Origin: Octopus sinensis
Taxonomy: Eukaryota
DNA length: 64,000 nucleotides
Reading direction: 5' to 3'
Assembly: GCF_006345805.1 (NCBI RefSeq)
Contig: NC_043012.1
Span: 34,162,001-34,226,000 of the forward strand
The stretch's first letter is position 1. Each line of letters starts with the position of its first letter. The translations under genes were made by a program, and so were the position numbers. Below the pieces are notes generated by a model, which was not told where the DNA came from, did no database searches, and was given only the letters and a program-made list of their open reading frames with translations. Positions 37,889-50,099 of this stretch are shown piece by piece.

Positions 37889-38896
37889 AGTTTTCATTCC
37901 ACATACACAAGCTTCGCGTCACTTGAACTTTCCAGAGAAATCTGGTTGTCATTTCCATCTGATCGAGCCACCGCTCACTCCCACCAGACCTTCCCTCCCT
38001 TTCTTTATTTTCCAACAATTTCGTCAGATTCGTATGTTTTCGATATCGGAGATTACGATTTTGCCAAAATAAACATGTTTTCAAAATTTTAATTTCCTCC
38101 ATCTCACTCCCTTTGTTTCACATTTTTTTTCGAATTTTTTCTATTAATTAACGAGAGAAATGCAGATATTACGAATTTGGAAAAAATACAAACAATTTCG
38201 AATTTTCTTAGAAAACATCCTGTGTTGCCCCTCCACACCCCTTCCTGTTTTCCAAACGCACAAAACTCGGGTATGTTTTACCTATCGGATATATTCTTTT
38301 GTGCCATGCACAGATTTCTCCTGAAACAACAGACGATAAAATATCAACACCTCACCAGAAAACTAGATATGCTAGAAACAACAGCTGGAAAATATTTTTC
38401 GTCACCCCGAGGTTTTTGGGGGTTTTTTTTTCATTTACAATCTACTCAGCTTACGGAATAAGGTGAACTTGTGACAACTGAGAAAAGTATGGGCAAATCA
38501 TTGTTACACACACAAAAAAAATCGTCTTTGTTTTACAAATCTCATGATAGATAAAAGCTTCAAATTCTGAGGGGTTTTATTTATTTTATGCAATTTCTGA
38601 GAAATTTAGTAAAATCCTGTAATTTGGGGATATTTTAATTATCTATTTTATTTTATGTAAGATGAGATTTTTAAATATGCTTTTCACAAATTGCAAAATG
38701 AAAAAGTAAATCATAATTTCAATTGGAGTTGAGCCATAATTTTGCACATGCGCGAGACAAAGATTTCTGATGAATATATTTACAATAAATCCCTTGCAAT
38801 ATTGTGGTTTACTATTTAAGCTTACATCAATTCCTTCGTGGTATTGTTTTGCATTTGATAAAATAGATATATACAAATTATAAAAATATACAATAT

Positions 38897-39285
38897 TGTG
38901 TGGCTGTGTGGTAAGTAGCTTGTTTACCAACCACATGGTTCCGGGTTCAGTCCCACTGTGTGGCACCTTGGGCAAGTGTCTTCTACTATAGCCTCGGGCC
39001 AACCAAAGCCTTGTGAGTGGATTTGGTAGACGGAAACTGAAAGAAGCCCGTCGTATATATGTATATATATGTGTGCGTGTATGTTTATGTTTGTCCCCCT
39101 AGCATTGCTTGACAACCAATGCTGATGTGTTTATGTCCCCGTCACTTAGCGGTTTGGCAAAAGAGACCCATAGAATAAGTACTGGGCTTACAAAGAATAA
39201 GTCCCGGGGTCGAATTGCTCGATTAAAGGCGGTGCTCCAGCATGGCCGCAGTCAAATGACTGAAACAAGTAAAAGAGTAAAGAGT
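38897..39285 (+). mobile_element. SINE family B, full length
   Basis: Head, CORE-like box and gtaaaagag tail. Confidence 0.9.
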
Positions 39286-40149
39286 AATACAGTACTGTTT
39301 CTACTTTGCAGATTTCACCTATCGCAGGGGGTTTTGGAATGTAACACCCACGATAGTTGAGGGATTACTGTATACATATATGTAGGACCTTGCTTGGCCC
39401 TGCCTCAGATTTGAAACCAAATTCATCCACTTATTGCTTGTCAAAGCAAACAGGAAATCCTTTATTTACATCTCCACACCACATGATTAATGGGAAACAC
39501 TTGACCTGTGCCAGTCAAGGAAAGGTCAGTCCTTTGTTTAGGATTTGACCAACATTCCTGGCCATAGTCTATATAACAGACACCATTTCCTTTCTCACCC
39601 TCTTTTGTGTCAACCATGACAAGAGCAACATTTCCTTTTCATCCTTCAGGGAAGATTTCAGCCAAAATGGAGAAAGACGATGCCACCATTGCCTTTTTTT
39701 CCAATCTTGTCAGCACAGTGCATTCCTTACTCTTTTTCTCTCTACTAGCAGACAGTAACTTCCACACTATCAACTACCAACCAGCAGGCGAACTTGTCAC
39801 TACTGTTATTGCTCACTTGTCAAGCAAATAAAAAAATTTAAACAATATTCCTTCCTCTTTCTGGTGTTGTTCTTCAATGTTCTTCACTTGTTACTCCATC
39901 GCAAGAACCTCAAGTGTTAAAGCTACACACTGCTAATGCACTGGCTATTGATGTTATTCTTTGCCACATCTACACTTTACAATGTTGTCTATCACTTCAA
40001 CAGTCGTCGTAATGTTACCTATTCTAGTCACAATTGGAGTCGTTACCTCTGCACATCAATAAGCATTACATAATCTTGCCACACTGATAACCCCTACATA
40101 CAGATTCATCAGCCACTACATATATATATAAATATATATATATAAACTG

Positions 40150-40590
40150 GACTGACTCCTGTGCAGGTGGCAAGTAAAGAAACACCGTTTTGACTCTGTG
40201 CTTGAGGAGACCTATTGAGTCAAGTACATCAACATCAAAAATCAATGCAAATTGTAGTTGCGATCCCTGTGCTGGTGGCACGTAAAAAGCACTTCCAAAC
40301 GTGGCCGATGCCAGCACAACCTTGACTGGCTTCCGTGCCGGTAGCACGTAAAAAGCACCAACCGATCGTAGCCGTTGCCAGCCTCACCAGGCACCTGTGC
40401 CGGTGACACGTAAAATGTACCCACTACACTCACTGAGTGGTTGGCGTTAGGAAGGGCATCCAGCTGTAGAAACACAGCCAGATCAGACTGGAGCCTGGTG
40501 CAGCCTTCTGGCTTCCCAGATCCCCGGTCGAACCGTCCAACCCATGCTAGCATGGAGAACGGACGTTAAACGATGATGATGATGATGATG
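40150..40590 (+). mobile_element. SINE family A, long copy with four internal gtgccggtggcacgtaaaa-type units
   Basis: Units at about 40159, 40268, 40335 and 40397; (gat)n tail at 40572-40590. Confidence 0.85.
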
Positions 40591-40859
40591 AAATCTCAAC
40601 TCACATATAATTGCTGACAGAAACATGTACAGAAATCTTGTATGAAAATAAGTTATCTTTTACACACCTTGTTTTTAATTCATTGGAATAATCCCAGTGA
40701 TGTACTCCAAGTGTGGTCACTGACCATTGCAGATTTCACACATACATCCACATGCACGTAATTAACATGCAGTTTACCGTAGTAAAATAGTGAAAGTAAG
40801 TTTTTCTTTTTGTGATAAAAACTGAAATGACATCTTGTAATTTCATATAAACACTGCAA

Positions 40860-43060
40860 TGTCATTGGCAGCAGCTGACCATTGTAGGTTGACCATTCTG
40901 CTCAGAAATCTCTGGCAGGATCGCATGTGGGTGACAAGGCCTGCTCTTGAACTGCAGCAGTTATGGCATCTGCCACAAATGAAGTTACTTGATGCAATGG
41001 AGAAGCAATGCCTTTCGTGTGCTCTTTTACATTCGCTCTGTTGTTCTCAATCACTGGAATCACAAGCTTCAGTGAACAGTGCCATTCATCACACTGCTGG
41101 TGTCTGGAGAAAGTCAGAGTTGTTCATGTGTCTCTTCAGCATATCCCTGTATTGCAACTTCTGCCCACTATGGCTCCACCTGCTCTGATGCAATTCAGCA
41201 TAGAAAACTGTCTTTCGGAGCCAGCTGGCTTCCATCCTGCAAACACCTAGTGCGGCTGTGATGAGTTAATGACGGTCTCCACACTAAATGCACCAGCACA
41301 GTGCACGACCTCTTCATCAGAAATGCAATCCCAGCATCTGATATGCAAAATGGAGCACAGATGAGGAAGATGGATTTGCGTCAAGGCCTTTATGAGCCTG
41401 CAGTAGACGACCAGGCATTTTGTGGTGTAAAGGAGGCAAGGGAGCACTGTAGTACTGCACACCTTTACCTTTGTGTTATGAGCAATGTCATGGCAGCTCT
41501 ATTGAGAGCCAAAGGCTTGCAGTAGACTGTATTCACCCCTCAACTCTGAGATCAGAAGAGCTAGTACAAATAACTGCACGATTGAGAAATGTAAAGGCAT
41601 CAGAGTACTTTAGGGGCTCTTCATATACTGTTATTGACTCAAACTCTCTAGATCTATGAGGACTTCTTGGTGGAGTAGTTTAGTCTTCAAAGTATTGAAC
41701 TTGAGACCACAAGCACTAAGTTGTCTATGTAGAGCAGCTCCCTGTCACACATTTTACAAACTTTGATGGAGGCACAAAGATGGATCAAGGTGAAGAGCTT
41801 TCCATCTGGTCTGATGTGGATAAAAACCTCCTTGTGCAGATTGACCCTCATGGTGTCAAGCATAGCTGCAAGGTAAAGAGAGAAGTGTATAGGGCAAGCA
41901 CACACCTCTACTTCACACACTGTGATTAACTGCAAACGCTTCACTAAATTCTCCACCAACTGAGACTAGTCTTTCTTATTCTTGTGTGAAACTCTATAGG
42001 TCTCTATCACTTTCCAAGAGTTTCTTGGTCCACCATGTCAAATGCTTTGAGGAAGTCCACAAATACTATGAAGAGGGGTTGGTGTTGCTTCACTGCTTGC
42101 TCCTGTAGTTGTTGCAGTGTGAAGATTAATGTCCATGATTGATCTCCCTGGCCTGAAACCATATTGACTCTCGGTTTAGATTCCTCAGCCAGTTGAGAAT
42201 GAGTTTCACTAGCACCTGGTCAGCAATGGCCAACAAAGAAATACTCCAGTAATTCCCACATTCTATTCAATTCCCCTGGGCATGCACTCATTAGAAAGAC
42301 AAGTGCTGTACAGCCTCAACAGCTCATTGCAGAATTTTTACTCACCTTTTTGAGCACAACTGAGGGAATATCATCAAGGACTTATACTTTGCAACTTGTT
42401 GTGGCCTTCAAGGCTTTCTCCAGCTCCTGTACAGGGATCTCATGGAAGAGGTCATCTCAGCTCTGGCACTACTCTAGCCATTTGCAGATGTCAAGTTGGA
42501 TGGATCCTTGCTGATTGAACAGGCTACAGAAATGGTTCTTCCACCTAGCTCTGACATCTTGGAGGTTGGAGTGCAGTTTGGTCCCTTCTGCTGACTTGAT
42601 TGGTGCCATTGCATTGTTCCTGGGTTCATAGTTGGCTTTGAGTCTCATAAACTGTGGTAGTCGTGCTTGTCAGCTATGCTCTGCAAAGCTTCTGCCTGTT
42701 TGTACCAAGACCTGCATATGAAGTATATCAAAGATATCTTTTGTATGCAGGTCTTGGATATCTTCATATATCAAAGATGTTTCATGAAATTTTGGTATAT
42801 TACTATTGTAGCAGACGCTTAGTGACAACCTCTCTCTCTGACATATATAGCATAAATATGGACGTAGCAGATAACAGCTAACTTTCAACCGCTTGGGCCC
42901 TGTTGTGTCCACTACTCTGATTGGTTGGTATTGGCGCAGTTTGTCTCTTGCTTTATTTCATGCCAGTGTGTGACCAAACTAATCACAGCCTTCTGATAAG
43001 GTCCTGTGACACAGTCTTCTAAATTCTCTGCTGGAGCATCCTAGTTTGCTATAAAAGCTA
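40860..43060 (-). pseudogene. Decayed RTE LINE, end of endonuclease through RT and C-terminus
   Basis: CACPIHFSLYLAAMLD...FIHIRPDGKLFTLIHLCASIKVCKMCDRELLYIDNLVLV resembles RTE GCVLAPTLFSLYFAAML...IRTDGKLFNL..L...RELLFADD. Multiple stops and frameshifts. Confidence 0.8.
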
Positions 43061-43608
43061 GATCAACAAACCATATTGCGTCTTTGGTTCTCACCACTGA
43101 CCACAGAGCACTCAGCCATGTTCCAGCGACAGACAACAGCTCTAGCAGTATTTCCGGACCTCCATCTATTTCGTTTGTTCGTACGGTGCTTGGTCTCTTC
43201 AAACGAACTTTCGCAGGCATGATGGGGGAGAATGTTAGTAGTTATTTAGCTGTCAGACTTGGCTGATGAGAAATCACGTGCCTAGGTGGCGCTAAATTTC
43301 GAAACCGGTACCGAGTTGACCAGCATTTACTTGTTCTGACCTATTTGAGGTAAGACATTATTATTGTTCACCGATATTTTTTCCTGTCTTGTCTGTAATA
43401 GATTTGTGACTATTCAGTGGTACAGAAGTATTTTTCGACTTCTATCATTGGCGATATAAGTACTCATGTAGTACCCTTATGTATATATGTACATATCTAA
43501 TATTGTATGTATATATTTTATTAATTTGCCTTACGGCTGATAATTCACTTACCACTGGTGATGGTATTTTAATAATACCATCCTTATATATATATATATA
43601 TATATATA

Positions 43609-43650
43609 CTAGCTGATGTACCCAGTAATTCTCAGGGGTTTGGATGTTCT
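43609..43650 (-). mobile_element. Helitron-like 3' end
   Basis: Minus strand ccctgagaattactgggtacatcagCTAG|T. Confidence 0.5.
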
Positions 43651-44522
43651 ATTGAAACATCTTATTACTCTAATATAAGAAAGCAATTTCCTTATAACTG
43701 CCACAAAAGGTGTATACAAAAAACTGTCAGCTGGAAGAGGGAGAGATTGTTGGAGGTTGGAGAGAGAGGTTTACGGAGGTTGGTGAGAGGCAAAGACATT
43801 ATTCTGCTTAGCAAAGGCATCTGGTGTGTTAGCATATTCACCTTTAGGTGAATATGCTAACACACACATATGTATTTATGTATGTATATATTATATGTAT
43901 GTATGTATGAAGGAACCCAAACAAATAAATGAAGATACCAATGTTTAAGATGATACACACTATAACAACAGAAACAGTGAAAAAGTCAGCATAAGAGGGG
44001 GGGGGCATTAATCAATTCATTGAACAAACCCCACTGTATAGCAGCTGACCACCTGTTGGGTTATCATCCTTAAAATCTGCTGAATGAATAGCAAATAAAT
44101 CCACCACCACCACCACACACACCCACATCCCCATATTTCTATCATTCCTTCCCCCACTCCCATCACCCCCCCTACCAAGTACACACAGAAATACCCACAT
44201 AGCTAGATTGGCCTTTGTGATTCATCCCCTAATGCAGTATCACCTGATGAAAGGAAGCAATGATGATGACCAGCCAGATGCTCATGGATAATACTACAGA
44301 CTATACTGTACTCATCCCAAGGATACAGGCTCTGGTGTTAAAGTCACGTGATTTGTGGAAACATGCATAGCAATGCATTAAGTATTTATAAATTCCATCC
44401 TAGAATTATTGCTATTATTATATTTATCCTACATTATAACCATGATGTAACCAAAAAAAACTGACTTACTAATCAGCACCATTAGATGGTAGCCGTCATA
44501 ATGGAACAGAAGCTTTATTTGC

Positions 44523-45090
44523 ATACCTATTTCTTTACTACCCACAAGGGACTAAACACAGAGGGGACAAACAAGGACAGACAAACGGATTAAGTCGATT
44601 ATATCGACCCCAGTGCGTAACTGGTACTTAATTTATCGACCCCAAAAGGATGAAAGGCAAAGTCGACCTCGGCGGAATTTGAACTCAGAACGTAACGGAC
44701 AATGAAATACCTATTTCTTTACTACCCACAAGGGACTAAACACAGAGGGGACAAACAAGGACAGACAAACGGATTAAGTAGATTATATCGACCCCAGTGC
44801 GTAACTGGTACTTAATTTATCGACCCCAAAAGGATGAAAGGCAAAGTCGACCTTGGCGGAATTTGAACTCAGAACGTAACGGACAACGAAATACCTATTT
44901 CTTTACTACCCACAAGGGACTAAACACAGAGAACAAACAAGGATAGACCCCAGTGCATAACTGGTACTTAATTTATCAACTCCAAAAGGATGAAAGGCAA
45001 AGTCGACTCAACTCAGAATGTAGTGGCAGACGAAATGCCGCTAAGCATTTCACCTGGTGTGCTAACGATTCTGCCAGCTCGCCGCCTGCT
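44523..45090 (-). mobile_element. Head-to-tail tandem trimer of SINE family C (184-bp period)
   Basis: Units start at 44523, 44707 and 44891. Only the last unit keeps the tRNA-like head. Confidence 0.9.
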
Positions 45091-45600
45091 TTTATTTGCA
45101 TACCCTTAACTTTACCATATAAAAATTTAAAAGTTATGTATGTATGTAAAGCAGCCCCACATATTAAAGATATATACATACGGGTATCTTATGTGTGCAT
45201 GGGTGAACTATAACCCATCATTCTTGAACTAAGTAGCTACCTTTATTTGTTGCATGATTATCAAACAGACATATTTTGAGGCCCTCTTCTACCTTGTAGT
45301 AAACACAACATATATTTGTTAAATGGTGAATAACACCAGAGAAATGTAAACTAGTGTTAATTTATGTCAATGGGTATAATCTAGCTGCCTAGACAGACTG
45401 GTGAGCCTTCCTGCACTTACAGATGGCTGTCTGTACTATGAAACGAGATGAGCTATAAACACAAATTCCAAAGCTGTGATCTGCTCAGCTGGGAAAATCA
45501 ATAAACAAGTCTACATGTATTGAAAACACACATATACACATGTACTACTTTAACATGTAGTTTACTGCAGTATCCATAGTCTACACTGAAAAGGCTTGAT

Positions 45601-46064
45601 CTGGGTTAGGATTAGGGTTAAGGTTTACGGTCAGAGTTTAAGGGTTAGGTTAGGGTTGGGATTAGGGTTTAGAGCAGTGGTTCCCAAACTTTTTGGGACT
45701 GCTGCCCCCTTGGCACTCAGGCCCCATTCTTAGCATCTCCCCCACCCCGACCAAAACAAATTTTCTACAACAAATTCAAAACCACAGTTTTTCACAAATA
45801 AAATTGAACCTAATTAACCTATTATTTTGTTGTTCTTACATACACCCCCCCCTTTTCACTACCCCATTATCACCTTTCTTTTCTTCAATGCTGGATCTTT
45901 CCACTGGCCCCAGAGGGCAGTACTGCCCACTTTGGAAACCACTGGTTTAGAGTTTAGTGTTAAGGTTAAGGTTAGAGTTTAGATTTGGGTTAGGTTAGAG
46001 TTTAGGGTTAAGGTTAATGTTTAAGTTTGGGTTAGGTTTAGGATTAGAGTTAGGGTTAGGGTTA
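45601..46064 (+). repeat. Degenerate interstitial (TTAGGG)n-like tract
   Basis: gggttaggattagggtt...ttagggttagggtt on both sides of a hAT MITE. Confidence 0.75.
45675..45944. mobile_element. hAT (Charlie-like) MITE
   Basis: TIR cagtggttcccaaa/tttggaaaccactg; 8-bp TSD gtttagag at 45667-45674 and 45945-45952. Confidence 0.92.
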
Positions 46065-46794
46065 AACTGTGCACACTAAAGCATAAATGACCAGGTAGAC
46101 CTAAAGTGGCACCGACAACATCTGGTCACTTACTATTATAAATTCTAGAGCTACTAACATTAAGACAAACACACATAATAGGAAAGACAACCACGGAGGA
46201 ATGACTGCAAAGGCTAGTAGTGTGGTAGCAAATCAATTATTTAATAAAAGTAAAATATAATCGATATGCTTTTATCGGCGAAATGATATAAAAACTACTT
46301 TGCATGCATGTGTGTATGTATGTATTGAAAAGAGCTTTAAACCATCCTTTATATCTATTATACACTGATGTAAGAACAGGTCGTTTATAAAGCTTGAAAC
46401 ACGTGTACCGCGATATCCTTTGTGTTCTGTTTTTGATTTTATTTGATATATGTATGTATGTATGTATGGCTGGATGGGCGGTCGGACGGGTCAATTCATG
46501 CATGTATGCGTGTGTCTGTATGCATGTATGTCTTTGAATGAAGCTTTTGATCACCATTCGAAACTATTGAGTGTTAATTCAACACTGGGGGGGGGGTCAT
46601 TTGAAAGATTCTAGAGTGTAAAACTCGGCTTGGTGGCCAACATTCACAGTTTACATAATTATGTGAATGAACTAAACTTCATATAATGCGTGGCAGCCAT
46701 CATCATTCAAACCTTAGCGTTTGAAGATATCTAGATAAAAGGAAAAGATTGGGGGGGGGGGGATAACAACACACACACACACAAATGTAGTTGT

Positions 46795-47930
46795 TAAAAG
46801 TACAATTAATATCCAACTATCAGTCTTCAAATTTATTGATTTACAGGATCTTTTCGGTTTGAACGGCAGTTTTTTCTAGTGGTGTCATATGAAATTTTCA
46901 CCAATAATTATGACCCTAGAATCGATCTATTGCATTTCAATGTTTTAGGGGTGGGGGGAAGGGTATCTTTTTTTCTTCACAAATGTAAATAAACCCAAAC
47001 TGTTTCTTAAACGAGGGACAAATTCATACGGCACAGAATGCTTTTTACCTCAATAGATGTCATTGATTGGTTGAAATTGCAGAAATTGAAGAAGAAAAAA
47101 CAACAAATATCTTACAAACTATAGAATTTTCTCAATAAAGCCAAGAGAAAAAGATGTTTTATAAACACATTCTACCAGGATACGAAGTTTAAAAGTGTTT
47201 AGTTATGTGGAAATTATTTAAAAAAAACTGCCGTTCAAACCGATTTACATAACTTAAGAGGAAATAAAATTTGACTTCGTTCCAGAGCAAAGGAAAATAC
47301 AATAAGAAATAAACTTTGCGTTTAAAATTAATTGGAAACAATAACAGCGGCAAAGCATTATCAAACACGTGAGCAATTAGGAAAAAACATTATGAAATTA
47401 AGGTTGGTTGGCCAGACTTTGAATTGAGCTGACAAAAAAACATTGACCTTGATGTAGTCACGTTTCGCGCACGTGTTTCATAAATTGCGCCTGTAGAAAG
47501 CGACCAAGAAACACTATTACTGAACTCATTAATCTGTTTTACACCTTTTAAATATATTTTTTCTTCTTTGCTACAAATAATATTTTATGCAGTCCATTGA
47601 GTACAGACATATGTTTTTTGTGCAGTTTTTACTTTTGTGTAATCATATTTACGAAGAAGATAACATGAAACTTATTTCTAATGTAAGTGACGTCATTACG
47701 GAACGGTTAATATAAAAGAAGGAATGTTTCTTATTTCGATCTTCTTGGGTAGCTTGGAATTTGTTTTTTATTTTTCCGCAGCTGTTAAGAAAAAGTAACA
47801 ACTATAAGTTTCCGCAAACCCTGAGTTTCGTTAATAACAGTTGTTGCTCTCGCTGAAGTCAGTTTATTTCCACTGAAAATAAAGAATCACACAGAAAGAT
47901 GTATAAAAACTACAAATTTTTATAAATGTA
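46795..47930 (+). repeat. ~0.7-kb dispersed repeat, copy 1 (interrupted by a MITE)
   Basis: Closely similar to 55290-56020 (ttgaccttgatgtagtcacgtttcgcgcacgtg...gaagtc). Confidence 0.85.
46846..47241. mobile_element. MITE with ggtttgaacggcagtttttt TIRs, inserted into a larger repeat
   Basis: TIRs near 46856 and 47221. gatttaca occurs on both sides; the second repeat copy is empty at about 55330. A related half-element lies at about 52200-52300. Confidence 0.8.
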
Positions 47931-48319
47931 CACGCATTTTCCCTGTCTTTTTTCCTCTTCCGTGTGAGTCTATGAATGTGTATTTATATATTTAAAAATC
48001 TATTTATATATTGAAGACATCCTTTGTGCTTCTTTAGATTCCTTAAATTGCAGCAGGCACGTGTTTGATTTAGCAGTAACTGATTACAAGCTTTTGTTAT
48101 TTTACATAATCTTAGGCAACAGTCGGTTACGTGTGTCGGTGAAGGTGGCGTAGTTGTTATTAATAGATGAAATTGTTTTATTAACAGAACTGGTTTGAAA
48201 TAAGCGCCCACACACATACGCAAATAGCGAAGTTTGGTGGGTAACTGGATATCGTTTAGGCTGTGTGTTGTTTCCCTATATACCGAAGTTAATAGAAAAA
48301 TTTGTGTAGTAATTCCAGA

Positions 48320-50090
48320 ATTAAGCATTTGAACATAATTTATTGTGTTGCCCTTGTATGAAAAGATGTTCATGCATTACCATGAATGGAAACACTAAGC
48401 TATGACCTGCAAAGCAAAATGCATGTTCGAAGTTTAACACCAGGACTGGTTGGTTTTGACATATTAAGCAAATATACAGGTGCCGTACCATGTCGTCTTC
48501 GATATCCTCGATAGAATATGCAGCCGTTAAAGCAGAGAGAGAGAGAGTGTGTGTGTGTGTGTGTGTGTAATTCGAAGCTCGACCCAAGACACTCTAAAAC
48601 TGGTGAGAGTGGAGAGTGTCACACCAGCTCGAACGTCTCGACACTCTGCCAAATTGGCGCCTTTATTGACGATAATTATAGGCTTTATTCACAGAAAGTT
48701 CCAGGCGGATTATAGAACTATCACCGGAGCATTTATTGGACAAGATATCGGTTGCGCACATGATAAAACAGTGATTAAATTGTGAGTTGAAATTCCTATA
48801 TAGCAAAAAGCAGATTCGAATCCGATGCTACACACATTACTTGCTGAATCTGGAAGAAGCTGTTGCACATGAGCTTGCAGGTCGATAAGTCTGCCCTGAA
48901 CTGTTACAGGTCGACACGCGGGAAAGATATGAGCAGGAAAAAAAATTTCTAGGAAGCAAAGCAAGGACTGAACATAATTGTTAGTACAGGGCCTGGTGAT
49001 GGAGATGGATATGCGAACGGATAGAGTTGTGCCTGAGAGTTGGAGACATAACACTAAACAGTTCTATTGAAGAGAGGCTATTATAATAGCAGTAGAAAAG
49101 AGAGAGAGAGAGGAAACTCGACGGAGAGAGGCTAGTGTCAGTCCATTAGTGATGGAATATCAATCAGTCAAGATAGTTCTCTAGATGCAATCGAGGATGT
49201 CTGCATATATTGTAACTAGCACTATGACCCGGCAAGGGGTCATTGCCAGTGCTGCCTGACTGGCCCCAGTGCTGGTGGCTCGTAAAAAGCACCGACTACA
49301 CTCTCGGAGTGGTTGGCGTTAGGAAGGGCATCTAGCTGTAGAAACACTGCCAGATCAGACTGGAGTCTGGTTCACCAGACCTCAGCCAATTCGTCCAACC
49401 CATGCTAGCATGGAAAGCGGATGTTAAACGATGATGATGATGATGATGATGATGACAGCCTATAAATAATGTGAATTATTTTCTGCGCTTCGCAGTGTCG
49501 TAGACGTCCGAGCCGGTATGATGTCCTCTACTGTCGCCAATTTCAGAGTGTCTTGGGCTAAACTTCAAATTGCACACTCTCTCTCTATAGCTGTTTTAAT
49601 GACTGCCTATTCTGTAGTGTGATGGAGGAAAAGGACAACCGAAAAAGAAGCAACGGGAGAAAGAAATACACAAGGCCTTACCTCTGCAAAATCAGTGGTC
49701 ACTTTCATGAATTCAACACGTCTTGTTGCTCTGCGCTCTTTGCTGGAACTGACCACACATGCTTCCTGCCCACGCATGCCCCTTTCACTCTTCCGCCGGC
49801 CCCTGCAAGCCTTACTTCCGCCCACCTCATCTGACATCCTCTCCACCAACACCACATAGCTCATCACAGCCCATAACACCGCTAACACCACATATTCAAT
49901 CGAAGATATCAAAGAAACTGACATGACAAGGCAACTGTATATTTGCTTAATATGTTTAAACTTCAAATAGACATTTTCCTTGCATATCATATAATGCTAT
50001 TTCTACCACACTGTTTCTATATAGGAACTGCAAAACATGAACATCTTTTCATACTAATACAGCACAATAAATCATGCTCAAATGTTTGCT
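48320..50090. repeat. Large imperfect inverted repeat (about 48320-48615 versus 49526-49610 plus 49870-50090)
   Basis: gtatgaaaagatgttcatg, catattaagcaaatataca and cccaagacactct on the left appear reverse-complemented on the right. Confidence 0.75.
49228..49455 (+). mobile_element. SINE family A
   Basis: Core plus long (gat)n tail. Confidence 0.85.
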
Positions 50091-50099
50091 CAAAAGGAG

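Noticed and set aside
37505-38092. 195-aa ORF with an internal repeat
   Set aside because: Produced by the 186-bp (multiple of 3) tandem duplication; F/L/S-rich with no recognisable domain.
39400-40060. Possible decayed LINE endonuclease region
   Set aside because: Too degenerate to support by eye.
40250-40420. CRISPR-like repeat-spacer pattern of palindromic units
   Set aside because: Internal units of a eukaryotic SINE; spacers are irregular and related between copies, and there are no cas genes.
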